DNA of 64,000 nt. Origin: Rhabdothermincola salaria (lineage in GTDB: Bacteria; Actinomycetota; Acidimicrobiia; Acidimicrobiales; Acidimicrobilacustridaceae). Positions 8,636 to 18,695 of this stretch are shown here, piece by piece (position 1 is the stretch's first letter; each line of letters begins with the position of its first letter). A model generated the notes under the pieces. It worked only from the letters and a program-made list of their open reading frames with translations, made no database searches and was not told the origin of the DNA. The stretch covers positions 62,001 through 126,000 of the forward strand of contig NZ_JAJQXW010000003.1 of NCBI RefSeq assembly GCF_021246445.1. The letters run 5' to 3'. The translations under genes and the position numbers were made by a program.

Positions 8636-9460
8636 TCAGGTGGCCGCGCCATGGGTGCGCAGCACGTCGTTGAGGGCGGCCTTGTCGTGGCGCTCGCCCT
8701 CGGACAGGCGCTTGATCACCAGCACGCACGGCAGACCGAACTCCCCGCCGGGGAAGGTGCGGCTGCGGGTGGCCGACACGGCGACGCACCAGGACGGCAC
8801 CACGCCGCGGCTGAGCTCCTCGCCGGTCTCGGCGTCGATGACGGGGATGGACCCGGTGAGGATGCAGCCGGCACCGAGCACGGCCCCGTCGCCCACCCGG
8901 GCGCCCTCGGCGACGATGCAGCGGCTGCCGATGAGGCAGTCGTCGCCCACGATCACCGGTGCCGCCTGAGGCGGCTCGAGCACGCCCCCGATGCCCACAC
9001 CCCCGGACAGATGCACGTTGGCGCCGATCTGGGCGCAAGAGCCGACGGTGGCCCAGGTGTCGACCATGGTGTTGGCCCCCACCCGGGCGCCGATGTTGGT
9101 GTAGCTCGGCATGAGCACCACCCCCCGGTCGAGGAAGGAGCCGTAGCGAGCCGAGGCACCGGGCACGACCCGCACCCCGGCGGCGGCGTAGTCGGACTTC
9201 AGCGGGATCTTGTCGGCGTACTCGAAGGGGCCGAGCTCGGTGGTGGCCATCTGCGACTGGCGGAAGTACAGCAGGATGGCGTGCTTGAGCCACTGGTGGA
9301 CCACGGGTTCACCGGAGGCATCGAGTTCGGCGACACGGGCGTCACCCCGGTCGAGCCGGGCGATCGCCTCGCCGATGGCGGTGTTGGCGTCCTGGTCGTC
9401 GGGGGTGAGCTCGCTCCGGCGTTCCCAGAGCTCGTCGATGGTTGCAGCGAGATCGGCCAT
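8636..9460 (-). CDS. dapD: Tetrahydrodipicolinate N-succinyltransferase (proteobacterial-type sequence)
   Basis: WLKHAILLYF, RVVPGASARYG, LMPSYTNIGA, MVDTWATVGSCAQIG, HLSGGVGIGGVLEP. Confidence 0.96.
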   Translation of the reverse strand: MADLAATIDELWERRSELTPDDQDANTAIGEAIARLDRGDARVAELDASGEPVVHQWLKHAILLYFRQSQMATTELGPFEYADKIPLKSDYAAAGVRVVPGASARYGSFLDRGVVLMPSYTNIGARVGANTMVDTWATVGSCAQIGANVHLSGGVGIGGVLEPPQAAPVIVGDDCLIGSRCIVAEGARVGDGAVLGAGCILTGSIPVIDAETGEELSRGVVPSWCVAVSATRSRTFPGGEFGLPCVLVIKRLSEGERHDKAALNDVLRTHGAAT

Positions 9461-9514
9461 GGCGGCGCAGGCTACCTGCCCGCCGGTGGGCCTCCCGCCC
9501 CCGGATGGGCGTGA

Positions 9515-10402
9515 TCAGCCCTGGGCGGGCGGCGGGCCCGGCGGGGGCGGCGGCGGCACCGAGCCGGGCGCAGGTGGCGGCGGGGTGGGCGCCGGCGGAG
9601 GCGGAGTCGGCGCCGCGGGTGGCGGCGGGGTGGGCGCCGGCGGGGGCGGAGTCGGGGCGGGGGGCGGAGTCGGGGCGGAGGGCGGAGTCGGCGCCGCGGG
9701 TGGCGACGGGGGCGGACCAGCCCCCGGGGCCGGCGCCGCGGGCGGCGGCGGGGTCGGGGCCTGGCCCGGCATCGGAGCCGGCGGCGGCATGGGGCCACCG
9801 GGCGCCGGCGGGTACCCACCGGGACCGCCGTAGGTGGCGGCCAGCTGCTTCTTCTTGCGACCCCGTCGCACCAGCGTGACGATGAGGATGATCACGGCGA
9901 GGAGGAAGCCGAGGGCCCCGACGACGATGCCACCGATGAACAGGCCCACGATGCGGCTGACGGGGATCTTGCCGATGCGCACCGATGTGTCGGGGGGGCC
10001 GTCGGTCTCGAAGAGGTAGACGCCCGCTTCTTCGATGTCGACGCTGCCGAGCGAGCTGAACTGGTCGCCGCCCGAGTCGGCCTCGTACTGGCCGAAGTCG
10101 GACTCGAGCGACAGGCTGCCGCCGTCGGGAGCGGTGATGCGCACGTCGACCTGGCCCAGGCCGATGTCGGTCGGGCTCCCGGCGAAGATCCAGTACTCAC
10201 CCTCGCCCAGGCGCACCTCGGCGGTGTCGGGCACGTCGATCTCGGCGAAGCCGTCGATGGTGCTGGCGATCGTGCCGACCGAGACGACGATCATCGCCAC
10301 GCCGCCGATCGCCGTGGCCAGGAAGATGAGCAGCGCCCACCAGAACCCTGCCTTGGGCAGCTTCGGTGGTTTCTGGCTCGGGGAACTCACGGGACTCGCC
10401 AT
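9515..10402 (-). CDS. Hypothetical two-TM membrane protein with long C-terminal polyproline tail
   Basis: TM FWWALLIFLATAIGGVAMIVV, acidic beta-rich middle domain, second TM followed by RRGRKKK, then (A)PTPPP repeats. Confidence 0.82.
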   Translation of the reverse strand: MASPVSSPSQKPPKLPKAGFWWALLIFLATAIGGVAMIVVSVGTIASTIDGFAEIDVPDTAEVRLGEGEYWIFAGSPTDIGLGQVDVRITAPDGGSLSLESDFGQYEADSGGDQFSSLGSVDIEEAGVYLFETDGPPDTSVRIGKIPVSRIVGLFIGGIVVGALGFLLAVIILIVTLVRRGRKKKQLAATYGGPGGYPPAPGGPMPPPAPMPGQAPTPPPPAAPAPGAGPPPSPPAAPTPPSAPTPPPAPTPPPPAPTPPPPAAPTPPPPAPTPPPPAPGSVPPPPPPGPPPAQG

Positions 10403-10470
10403 GGGCTCACTATTGCCGACGCGCCGGCCCGCGCGCGGGAATTCGCTGGGCGGGGTCGGTGCGGGGTGGC

Positions 10471-11601
10471 TCAGCCGACACCACGGAGACGGCGGGCCAG
10501 CAACTCCAGGCGGTCGTCGGGTTGGACCGCGGCGATGCGCACGAAGCCCGCCCCCTGGGGTCCGTAGAACTCCCCCGGGCTGACCAGGGCGCCGCCCTCC
10601 GCGGCCAGCCGCCGGGCCAGCCCCCACGCGTCGCCGTCGGGTGCTGCCACCCAGAGGTAGAAGGCACCGTCGGGCCGCGCCGCAAGGATGTCGCGCTCGC
10701 ACAGGGTGTCGGCCAGCAGGTCGAGGCGGGCCAGGTAGCGCCCGCACTGCTCGTCGACGTGCGCGTCGTCGCGCCACGCGGCCACGGCGGCGGCCTGCAC
10801 CGGTCCGGGCACCATGAACCCGGCGTGCTTGCGGAGCTCGGACAGGTAGTGCACCAGCTCGGCGTCGCCGGCGTAGAACCCGGCCCTCACCCCCGCCAGG
10901 TTCGAGCGTTTCGACAGCGAGTGCACGGCCAGGACCCCGTCGGTGCCGTGCTCGAGGATGGTGCGGCGAGGGCCCTGCCACGTGAACTCCACGTAGCACT
11001 CGTCGCTGGCGACGGGGACGCCGTGCGCTCGCCCCCAGGCGGCCGCAGGCCCGAGGTCGGTCACCGCTCCGGTGGGGTTGCCGGGCACGTTGACCCACAG
11101 GCACAGGGCTCGAGAGGCGTCGTCGGCAGAGATGGCGTCGAGGTCGGGAGCGCCGTCGGGGCCCGGGGGGACGGGCACCGCTCGGGCCCCGGCCAGCGTG
11201 GCCCCCATGGCGTAGCTCGGGTAGCTGATGGCGGGGTACAGCACGGTGTCGCGCGAGGGATCGCGCAGGCGCAGCCAGTGGGGCAGGCCGGCGACGAACT
11301 CCTTGGTCCCGATGCAGGCCGCGAGCTCGTCGACCGCCACGGTCACGCCCAGGCGACGCTCCAGCCATCCGGCGGCCGCGTCCCGGTACGCCGGCGACCC
11401 GATCGAGGCCGGGTACCCCCGCTCGGTGCCCGACGAGGACAGCGCGTCGAGCACGAACGCCGGCGGCGCATCGCACGGGGTGCCGATGGAGAGGTCGACC
11501 ACGCCGCCCTCGTGGGCGGCGGCCAGGGGCTCGAGCTCGCGCAGGCGGTCGTAGGGGTAGGGCGGGGGCACGAAGCCCGGCTGGTCACCTGGAGGCGTCA
11601 T
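10471..11601 (-). CDS. dapC: Succinyldiaminopimelate transaminase (PLP class I/II)
   Basis: VDLSIGTPCD, WVNVPGNPTG, ASDECY, HSLSKRSNLAGVRAGF; clustered with dap genes. Confidence 0.9.
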   Translation of the reverse strand: MTPPGDQPGFVPPPYPYDRLRELEPLAAAHEGGVVDLSIGTPCDAPPAFVLDALSSSGTERGYPASIGSPAYRDAAAGWLERRLGVTVAVDELAACIGTKEFVAGLPHWLRLRDPSRDTVLYPAISYPSYAMGATLAGARAVPVPPGPDGAPDLDAISADDASRALCLWVNVPGNPTGAVTDLGPAAAWGRAHGVPVASDECYVEFTWQGPRRTILEHGTDGVLAVHSLSKRSNLAGVRAGFYAGDAELVHYLSELRKHAGFMVPGPVQAAAVAAWRDDAHVDEQCGRYLARLDLLADTLCERDILAARPDGAFYLWVAAPDGDAWGLARRLAAEGGALVSPGEFYGPQGAGFVRIAAVQPDDRLELLARRLRGVG

Positions 11602-11631
11602 CGTCGGCCAGTCTCGCCGATCGGGTCGGCC

Positions 11632-12993
11632 TCATTCGACGACGAAGTCGCGCAGCCGGCTGGCCGACGCCTCGTCGAGGCGGGCCCGGACCGACATGCC
11701 CTCGTCGGTGGCGGTCTCGACCAGCACCTCCCCTTCGCGGTGCAACGAGGCCAGCACGTCGCCGCGCTCGAAGGGCACGACCAGCTCGACGACCTCTGCC
11801 AGGCCCCGGAGGCGATCGCCGATGGTGCGCAACAACACGTCGACGCCGTCGCCAGTGATGGCGCTGATGGCGACCGAGCCGGGGTGGGCGCGGGCCAGTC
11901 GCCGGGCGGCGACGGGGTCGAGGTCGGCCTTGTTGGCCACCACGAGCTGGGGCACCTCCCCGGCGCCGATCTCGTCGAGCACCGTGTTGACCGCGTCGAT
12001 GTGGGTCTCGGGATCGGGGCCGGAGCCGTCGACGACGTGCACCAACAGGTCGGCGTCGACCACGACCTCGAGCGTGGACTTGAAGGCCTCCACGAGCTGG
12101 TGGGGCAGCTTGGTGATGAACCCGACCGTGTCGGTGACCAGAACCGCCTCGCCGCCGGGGAGCTGCAACCGGCGGGTGGTGGCGTCGAGGGTGGCGAAGA
12201 GGCGGTCCTCCACCAGCACGCCGGCGTCGGTGAGGCGGTTGAGCAACGTCGACTTGCCGGCGTTGGTGTACCCGACGATGGCGACGGTGCTCAGGCGGGA
12301 TCGCTGGCGCGACTTGGCCTGGGTGGCGCGCACGCGTGAGACGTCGCGCAGCTCGGCTTCGAGCTTGTGCATGCGGCGCAGCAACCGGCGCCGATCGACC
12401 TCGAGCTGGGTCTCGCCGCCACCCTGGCGGGCGCCGATGCCGCCGCGCTGCTGCGACATCTGGGTGCCGCGACCTCGCAGGCGGGGCAGGCGGTAGCGGA
12501 TCTGAGCCAGCTCGACCTGGGCCTTGCCCTCCTGGGAGTGGGCGTTCTGGCCGAAGATGTCGAGGATCACCGCGGTGCGGTCGATGGCGGTACGACCCAG
12601 CGCCTTCTCCAGGTTGCGCTGCTGAGCGGGGCTGAGCTCGTCGTCGAACACCACCGTGTCGGCATCGAGCTGCTCGCACAGGGCCCGGAGCTCCTCGACC
12701 TTTCCGGCACCGAGGAACGTGGCCGGATCGGGGGTCTGACGCCGTTGGACCATGGTGGCGGCGGCGTCGGCGCCGGCGGTGTCGACCAGCAGCGCCAGCT
12801 CGTCGAGGTGGCGTTCGGTGTCCTCTTCGGTCTCGGGTGGCCGGGTGACCCCCACGAGCACGATCTGCTCCCGGAACGCCCGGTCGATGAGCCCACCCGA
12901 CTCACCACCGAAGTCGCCGAACGCCCCGCGGTGGCCCCCCGGCGCGCCGGTCGAAGCCGGGTCGCGGCGACGGCCGGTGCCGTCGTCACCCAT
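11632..12993 (-). CDS. hflX: GTPase HflX
   Basis: ILDIFGQNA, GETQLEVDRR, GYTNAGKS, LFATLD, DTVGF, NKAD. Confidence 0.97.
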   Translation of the reverse strand: MGDDGTGRRRDPASTGAPGGHRGAFGDFGGESGGLIDRAFREQIVLVGVTRPPETEEDTERHLDELALLVDTAGADAAATMVQRRQTPDPATFLGAGKVEELRALCEQLDADTVVFDDELSPAQQRNLEKALGRTAIDRTAVILDIFGQNAHSQEGKAQVELAQIRYRLPRLRGRGTQMSQQRGGIGARQGGGETQLEVDRRRLLRRMHKLEAELRDVSRVRATQAKSRQRSRLSTVAIVGYTNAGKSTLLNRLTDAGVLVEDRLFATLDATTRRLQLPGGEAVLVTDTVGFITKLPHQLVEAFKSTLEVVVDADLLVHVVDGSGPDPETHIDAVNTVLDEIGAGEVPQLVVANKADLDPVAARRLARAHPGSVAISAITGDGVDVLLRTIGDRLRGLAEVVELVVPFERGDVLASLHREGEVLVETATDEGMSVRARLDEASASRLRDFVVE

Positions 12994-13801
12994 CAGCGAG
13001 CTCGAGGGTGGCGACGTGCTGGGAGGGGCCGATCAGGAGCGGTTCGTCGCCGCCGAGCACGACGTCGGCGGTGCCGCCCGGCATGCTCACCTGGACCTGG
13101 GCACCCACGAGACCCCACCTGTGGGCGAGGTGGGCCGCGGCGGTGGCGCCTGTGCCGCACGCCGCGGTGGCACCGGCCCCGCGCTCCCAGACCAGCAGCT
13201 CGATGGTGTCCGTGCCGGGCTCCACGGTGATGTACTCGACGTTGACCCCCGCCGGGAAGCGCTGCTCGAACCAGGAGCCCTCTCCGGTGAGCTCGACGGA
13301 CGCCAGGTCGTCGACCAGCACGACGAGGTGGGGGTTGCCCAGGTCGGCGGTGCCGTGCCGTCGCTCGCCGAGGCGCTCGGCCACCGACGCCGGCACCTCC
13401 GGCCCGGCGCCCACCGAGCCCATGGAGACGCTGACCGTGGCCACCCGGTGCTCGGCGTCGTCGTGCACAACGAGGTGACGGGGACCGCCCTCGGTGGCGA
13501 CGAGGTAGTGCACCTCGTGCTCGTCGCGAGCCATGGCCATGGCGTGCCCGAGACAACGGATGCCGTTGCCGCTCATCTCGGCCCGGCTGCCGTCGGCGTT
13601 CCAGAGCTCCATGACCACGGCGATGCCCTCACCGTCGTCGGGGCGGGGGCGGCGCCCGACGATGAGGCCGTCGGCGCCCACCCCCCGACGGCGGTCGCAG
13701 AGCGCGCGGGCGCGGTCGGCGTCCACGTCGAGGGGGCCGTTGACCTCTTCGAGCGCGACGAGGAAGTCGTTGCCCAGTCCGTGGTGCTTGGTGAGCTGCA
13801 T
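12986..13801 (-). CDS. dapF: Diaminopimelate epimerase (first catalytic Cys replaced by Ser)
   Basis: KHHGLGNDF, GVGADG, NADGSRAEMSGNG, GNPH, VNVE, WERGAGATAACGTG; miaA-dapF-hflX context. Confidence 0.92.
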   Translation of the reverse strand: MQLTKHHGLGNDFLVALEEVNGPLDVDADRARALCDRRRGVGADGLIVGRRPRPDDGEGIAVVMELWNADGSRAEMSGNGIRCLGHAMAMARDEHEVHYLVATEGGPRHLVVHDDAEHRVATVSVSMGSVGAGPEVPASVAERLGERRHGTADLGNPHLVVLVDDLASVELTGEGSWFEQRFPAGVNVEYITVEPGTDTIELLVWERGAGATAACGTGATAAAHLAHRWGLVGAQVQVSMPGGTADVVLGGDEPLLIGPSQHVATLELADG

Positions 13802-13809
13802 GATGGGTC

Positions 13810-14784
13810 TCAGTCTCTCAGCATCGACGCCAAAGCGGCGACGGCGTTCTCCTCGTCGGGGGGATCGATGCGCCCGGCTCCGCCGTGGGATGCGGGACCG
13901 AGGTCCAGCCACTCGATCCTCGGGTCGCGGCGGAACCAACGCTGCTGACGGCGAGCGAAGCGGCGCGTGCGGGTGACGGCGGTGGCGAGGGCCTCGTCGA
14001 GGGGGGTGCCGTGCTCGAGGTGGTCGAGGATCTCGGCGTAGCCCAACGCCTGGCGGGCCGTGGGCGACAGCCCCCCGGGGCGGGCGGTCAGGGCGACCAC
14101 CTCCTCGAGGAACCCGTCGGCCATCTGGGTCTGGTAGCGGTGCTCGATGCGCGCGTCGAGCAGCGGCCGCTCGAGGCGGAGGCCGACGACCGGGAAGGGT
14201 GTCGGCGGGTACGACTCGAGACCGGGCCCGAACGACGAGAACGGACGTCCGGCGCCGAGCGTGACCTCGAGCGCCCGCACCACCCGACGCCGGTTGGTGG
14301 GCTCCATCCGGGCCGCGGCGAGGGGATCGAGGGCGCGGAGGCGCTCGTGGAGGCTGACGGTGTCGGTCTCGGCATCCAGCTCGGATCGGATCTCGGGGTA
14401 GCGCCCGGGGATCTGCAGGTCGTCCACGACGGCCTGCAAGTAGAGGCCCGTCCCGCCCACGAGCAGGCCCCGCCGGCCGCGGGCCTCGATGTCGGCGAGC
14501 ACTGCGTAGGCGTCGGCCTTGAAGCGCGAGACCGTGTACTCCTCGTCGGGGTCGACCAGGTCGAGGAGGTGGTGGGGCACCTCGGCGCGCTCGGCAGCGG
14601 TGGGTTTGGCCGTACCGACGTCCATGCCCCGATACACCTGCATCGAGTCGACGGTGACGATCTCCACCTCGGGGTGGCGTCGGGCCACCTCGAGGGCCAG
14701 CGCGGACTTGCCCGAGGCCGTGGGCCCCACCAGCGCCAGGTGACGGCCACCCGGGCGATAGCCGGCGGGGGCATGGGGGGGCAC
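13810..14784 (-). CDS. miaA: tRNA dimethylallyltransferase
   Basis: GPTASGKS, DSMQVYRGMDVGTAKP, VGGTGLY, RRFARRQQRWF; start approximate. Confidence 0.96.
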   Translation of the reverse strand: MPPHAPAGYRPGGRHLALVGPTASGKSALALEVARRHPEVEIVTVDSMQVYRGMDVGTAKPTAAERAEVPHHLLDLVDPDEEYTVSRFKADAYAVLADIEARGRRGLLVGGTGLYLQAVVDDLQIPGRYPEIRSELDAETDTVSLHERLRALDPLAAARMEPTNRRRVVRALEVTLGAGRPFSSFGPGLESYPPTPFPVVGLRLERPLLDARIEHRYQTQMADGFLEEVVALTARPGGLSPTARQALGYAEILDHLEHGTPLDEALATAVTRTRRFARRQQRWFRRDPRIEWLDLGPASHGGAGRIDPPDEENAVAALASMLRD

Positions 14785-14788
14785 GAGA

Positions 14789-16255
14789 TCAGACGGAGAC
14801 GACGGGGATGCGGGTGCGATGACGCGGTGCGGCCAGCACCTCGACGAGCTCGCCCCGCAGGAAGTGGGGCCCGGCCCCGACGACCAGCGTCTCGGCCAGG
14901 GTTCCGGCCCGCAGGGGTCGCTCGCTGGCGAAGTGCACGAGCTTGTTCTGGGTGGTGCGGCCGGTGAGCACCGAGGGGTCACGCTTGGAGGGGCCCTCGA
15001 CCACGACCTCCTCGGTGCGACCGATGCGGGCCTGGTGCTTGGCCAGGGCCGAGCGCTCGACGACGACCCGGAGCCGGTCGAAGCGCTCACCCACCACCGC
15101 GGGGTCGACGAAGCGCTCGGTGAGCTCGGCGGCCTCGGTGCCGGGCCGCGGCGAGTAGATGAAGGTGTAGGCCGAGTCGTACTCGGCGGTGGCAGCCACC
15201 TCGAGCGTGGCCTCGAAGTCGGCGGCGGTCTCCCCCGGGAAGCCCACGATGATGTCGGTGGTGAGGGCCAGGTCGTCGATGGCCGCTCGGGCCGCCGCCA
15301 CCTTCTCGAGGTAGCGCGCCCCCGTGTAGCCCCGATGCATGGCGGCCAGCACGTCGTCGCTCCCCGACTGCAGCGGGAGGTGGAGGTGGGGGCACACCTC
15401 GGGGTGGCCGGCCATGGCGGCGATGGTCTCGGGCCGGAGGTCCTTGGGGTGCGGGGAGGTGTAGCGGACCCGACGGATGCCGTCGACAGCGGCGACCGCA
15501 CCCAGCAGGTCGGCGAAGAGCGGTCGGGGCCGGCGGGCCGGGTCGCCCGCCCACAGCGCGCCGGCCAGATCGGCATCGGTGCCCGAAGGGTCCTCGCGTC
15601 GCAGCGACGTGGTCAGGTCACGGCCGTAGGAGTTGACGTTCTGGCCGAGCAGCGTCACCTCGAGCACGCCGTCGGCGGCCAGTCGCTCCACCTCGGTGAC
15701 CAGCTCGCCGAAGGGCCGGCTGATCTCGCGACCCCTGACCGAGGGGACGATGCAGAAGGCGCAGTTGTTGTCACAGCCGATCTGGATGGTGACCCAGGCG
15801 GCGTGGTCGACCTCGCGGCGGACCGGGAGGGCCGAGGGCCAGGCCTCGGCCTCGTCGAGCGCCTCGTCCCAGATCTCGACCACCGGCCCCGACTCTCGGG
15901 CCTGGTGCAACAGATCGACCGCCCGGTGCACGTTGTGGGTGCCGAGGACCACGTCGACGTGGCCGGCCCGTTGGGCGATGAGGTCACGGTCCTTCTGGGC
16001 CAGGCAACCGCTGACCACGATCTCCATGCCGGGGCGGGCGGCCTTGGCCGACTTGAGGTGCCCGAGGGTGCCGTAGAGCTTGTTGTCGGCGTTCTCACGG
16101 ATGCAGCAGGTGTTGAGCACCACCACGTCGGCATCGTCCGGGGATGCGGCCGGCACCAGCCCGTCGGCCTCGAGCAATCCCGCCAGACGCTCGGAGTCGT
16201 GCTCGTTCATCTGGCACCCGAAGGTGCGGATGGCATAGGTGCGGCCGTCGGTCAC
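14789..16255 (-). CDS. miaB: tRNA methylthiotransferase MiaB (radical SAM)
   Basis: TFGCQMNEHDSER, NTCCIRENA, GCDNNCAFCIVP, YTSPHP, C-terminal TRAM domain. Confidence 0.97.
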   Translation of the reverse strand: MTDGRTYAIRTFGCQMNEHDSERLAGLLEADGLVPAASPDDADVVVLNTCCIRENADNKLYGTLGHLKSAKAARPGMEIVVSGCLAQKDRDLIAQRAGHVDVVLGTHNVHRAVDLLHQARESGPVVEIWDEALDEAEAWPSALPVRREVDHAAWVTIQIGCDNNCAFCIVPSVRGREISRPFGELVTEVERLAADGVLEVTLLGQNVNSYGRDLTTSLRREDPSGTDADLAGALWAGDPARRPRPLFADLLGAVAAVDGIRRVRYTSPHPKDLRPETIAAMAGHPEVCPHLHLPLQSGSDDVLAAMHRGYTGARYLEKVAAARAAIDDLALTTDIIVGFPGETAADFEATLEVAATAEYDSAYTFIYSPRPGTEAAELTERFVDPAVVGERFDRLRVVVERSALAKHQARIGRTEEVVVEGPSKRDPSVLTGRTTQNKLVHFASERPLRAGTLAETLVVGAGPHFLRGELVEVLAAPRHRTRIPVVSV

Positions 16256-16364
16256 GGACGCCCAGGGTACCGGGCCCCCTCTCGGGGACCCAGACGGATG
16301 CGACGGCGACGACGGCCCCCGGTGGTGGTGTGTGGAGGGGACCGCCGTCACCGACGAACGGGGA

Positions 16365-17417
<1,053 letters not shown>

Positions 17418-17530
17418 CGTTGTCTCCTCGGGTCTCGTGGCGGTCTCGCCGTGTACGTCTCTTGCGTTGGGATGCGTCGTGCGTCGGATGCGACGGGAGG
17501 GCCGGGCGGGGTGGCCTCGGCGATGTGGTC

Positions 17531-17558
17531 ACCCTACGAAGGGGGTGGGACAGTGCCG
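17531..17558 (-). promoter_or_regulatory. Proximal recA promoter, RecA-NDp/PafBC-like
   Basis: Minus strand CGGCAC-TGTCCC-N10-TAGGGT; same spacing as mycobacterial TGTCGG-N10-TANNNT. Confidence 0.65.
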
Positions 17559-17589
17559 CCGAGCTCTCTGGCGCCGTGCGAACCACAGC

Positions 17590-17619
17590 AGTGTAAGTAC
17601 GAACAGCCGTTCGGATCAA
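17590..17619 (-). promoter_or_regulatory. Distal recA promoter with LexA box
   Basis: TTGATC-N18-TACACT with CGAACagccGTTCG (17600-17613) in the spacer; this box is identical to the one at 6705. Confidence 0.85.
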
Positions 17620-17745
17620 GGACCCTCGCACCGGAGACCGCGACGGACCGGCTCCACCCCTGCCTCGGACCCCGAGCCCCGCATCACCGGGTGCTGTCGC
17701 TACGGTGACGGGAGACGTCCCCCGCTCGCCTCCAGGAGTGCCGCC

Positions 17746-18168
17746 ATGAGCCAGCCCCTCCCCGCCGACCCCACCGAGCGCGACGCCGAGCTGCGCCGTC
17801 GCCTCACCCCCGAGCAGTACCAGGTCACCCAGCAGCAGGGCACCGAGCGGGCGTTCACCGGCACCTACTGGGACTGCCACGACGAGGGCGTCTACCGCTG
17901 CATCGTCTGCGACACCCCGCTGTTCACCTCCGACACCAAGTTCGACTCCGGCACCGGGTGGCCCAGCTTCTGGACCGCGGTGGACGAGGGCGCGGTGGAG
18001 ACCCGCACCGACAGCTCCCACGGCATGGTGCGCACCGAGGCCGTGTGCGCCACCTGCGGGGCCCACCTCGGTCACGTCTTCGACGACGGCCCGGCCCCCA
18101 CCGGCCTGCGGTACTGCATGAACTCGGCCTCGCTGCGCCTCGACGCCGCCACCGGCACCGACGCCTGA
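17746..18168 (+). CDS. msrB: Peptide methionine (R)-sulfoxide reductase
   Basis: [35 protein letters not shown], two Zn CxxC motifs; SD AGGAG. Confidence 0.97.
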   Translation: MSQPLPADPTERDAELRRRLTPEQYQVTQQQGTERAFTGTYWDCHDEGVYRCIVCDTPLFTSDTKFDSGTGWPSFWTAVDEGAVETRTDSSHGMVRTEAVCATCGAHLGHVFDDGPAPTGLRYCMNSASLRLDAATGTDA

Positions 18169-18197
18169 ACCTGACTCGGACGACCCCCCGGGCCCCG

Positions 18198-18695
18198 GTG
18201 TCCCGGCTCTTCGTGGCGGTCGACCCGCCCGACCAGGTGCGCCACGCCCTCACCGAGGTGGTGCCCCGACCCGAAGGCCCCGGGGTGCGCTGGGTCCCGC
18301 CCGACCAGTGGCACGTCACCCTGCGCTTCCTCGGTGAGGCCGACGAGCGCGCGGCGGTGGCGGCGCTGGCCCGGCTCCGGGCCCCGCGAGCGACGGCGAC
18401 GATCGGGCCCAGAGTGTCCCGGCTCGGCCGCACCGTCGTGTGCCTGCCGGTTTCCGGTCTCGACGACTTGGCCGGCGCCGTCGAGGAGGCCACCATCCAC
18501 GTCGGCGTTCCTCCGGACCATCGTTTCCGGGGCCACCTCACCCTGGCCCGGCTCAAGGCCCGGGCCGCGTGCGGGGTCACCGGCACCGCGGTGTCGGCCG
18601 CCTTCGAAGTGGGCGCGGTGCGCCTGTACCGCAGCACCCTGCACCCCGACGGGGCGCGCCACGAGCTGGTGGCCGAGGTGGCCCTCGGCGGGTGA
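18198..18695 (+). CDS. thpR: RNA 2',3'-cyclic phosphodiesterase (2H family, LigT/ThpR)
   Basis: RLFVAV, HVTLRFLG and HLTLAR 2H motifs, LYRSTL. Confidence 0.9.
   Translation: MSRLFVAVDPPDQVRHALTEVVPRPEGPGVRWVPPDQWHVTLRFLGEADERAAVAALARLRAPRATATIGPRVSRLGRTVVCLPVSGLDDLAGAVEEATIHVGVPPDHRFRGHLTLARLKARAACGVTGTAVSAAFEVGAVRLYRSTLHPDGARHELVAEVALGG

Noticed and set aside
9530..9830. G-rich repeat tract resembling an array
   Set aside because: Encodes the polyproline tail on the minus strand; no repeat-spacer structure
17746..18168. Selenocysteine MsrB
   Set aside because: The catalytic residue is TGC Cys (RYCMNS); no in-frame TGA
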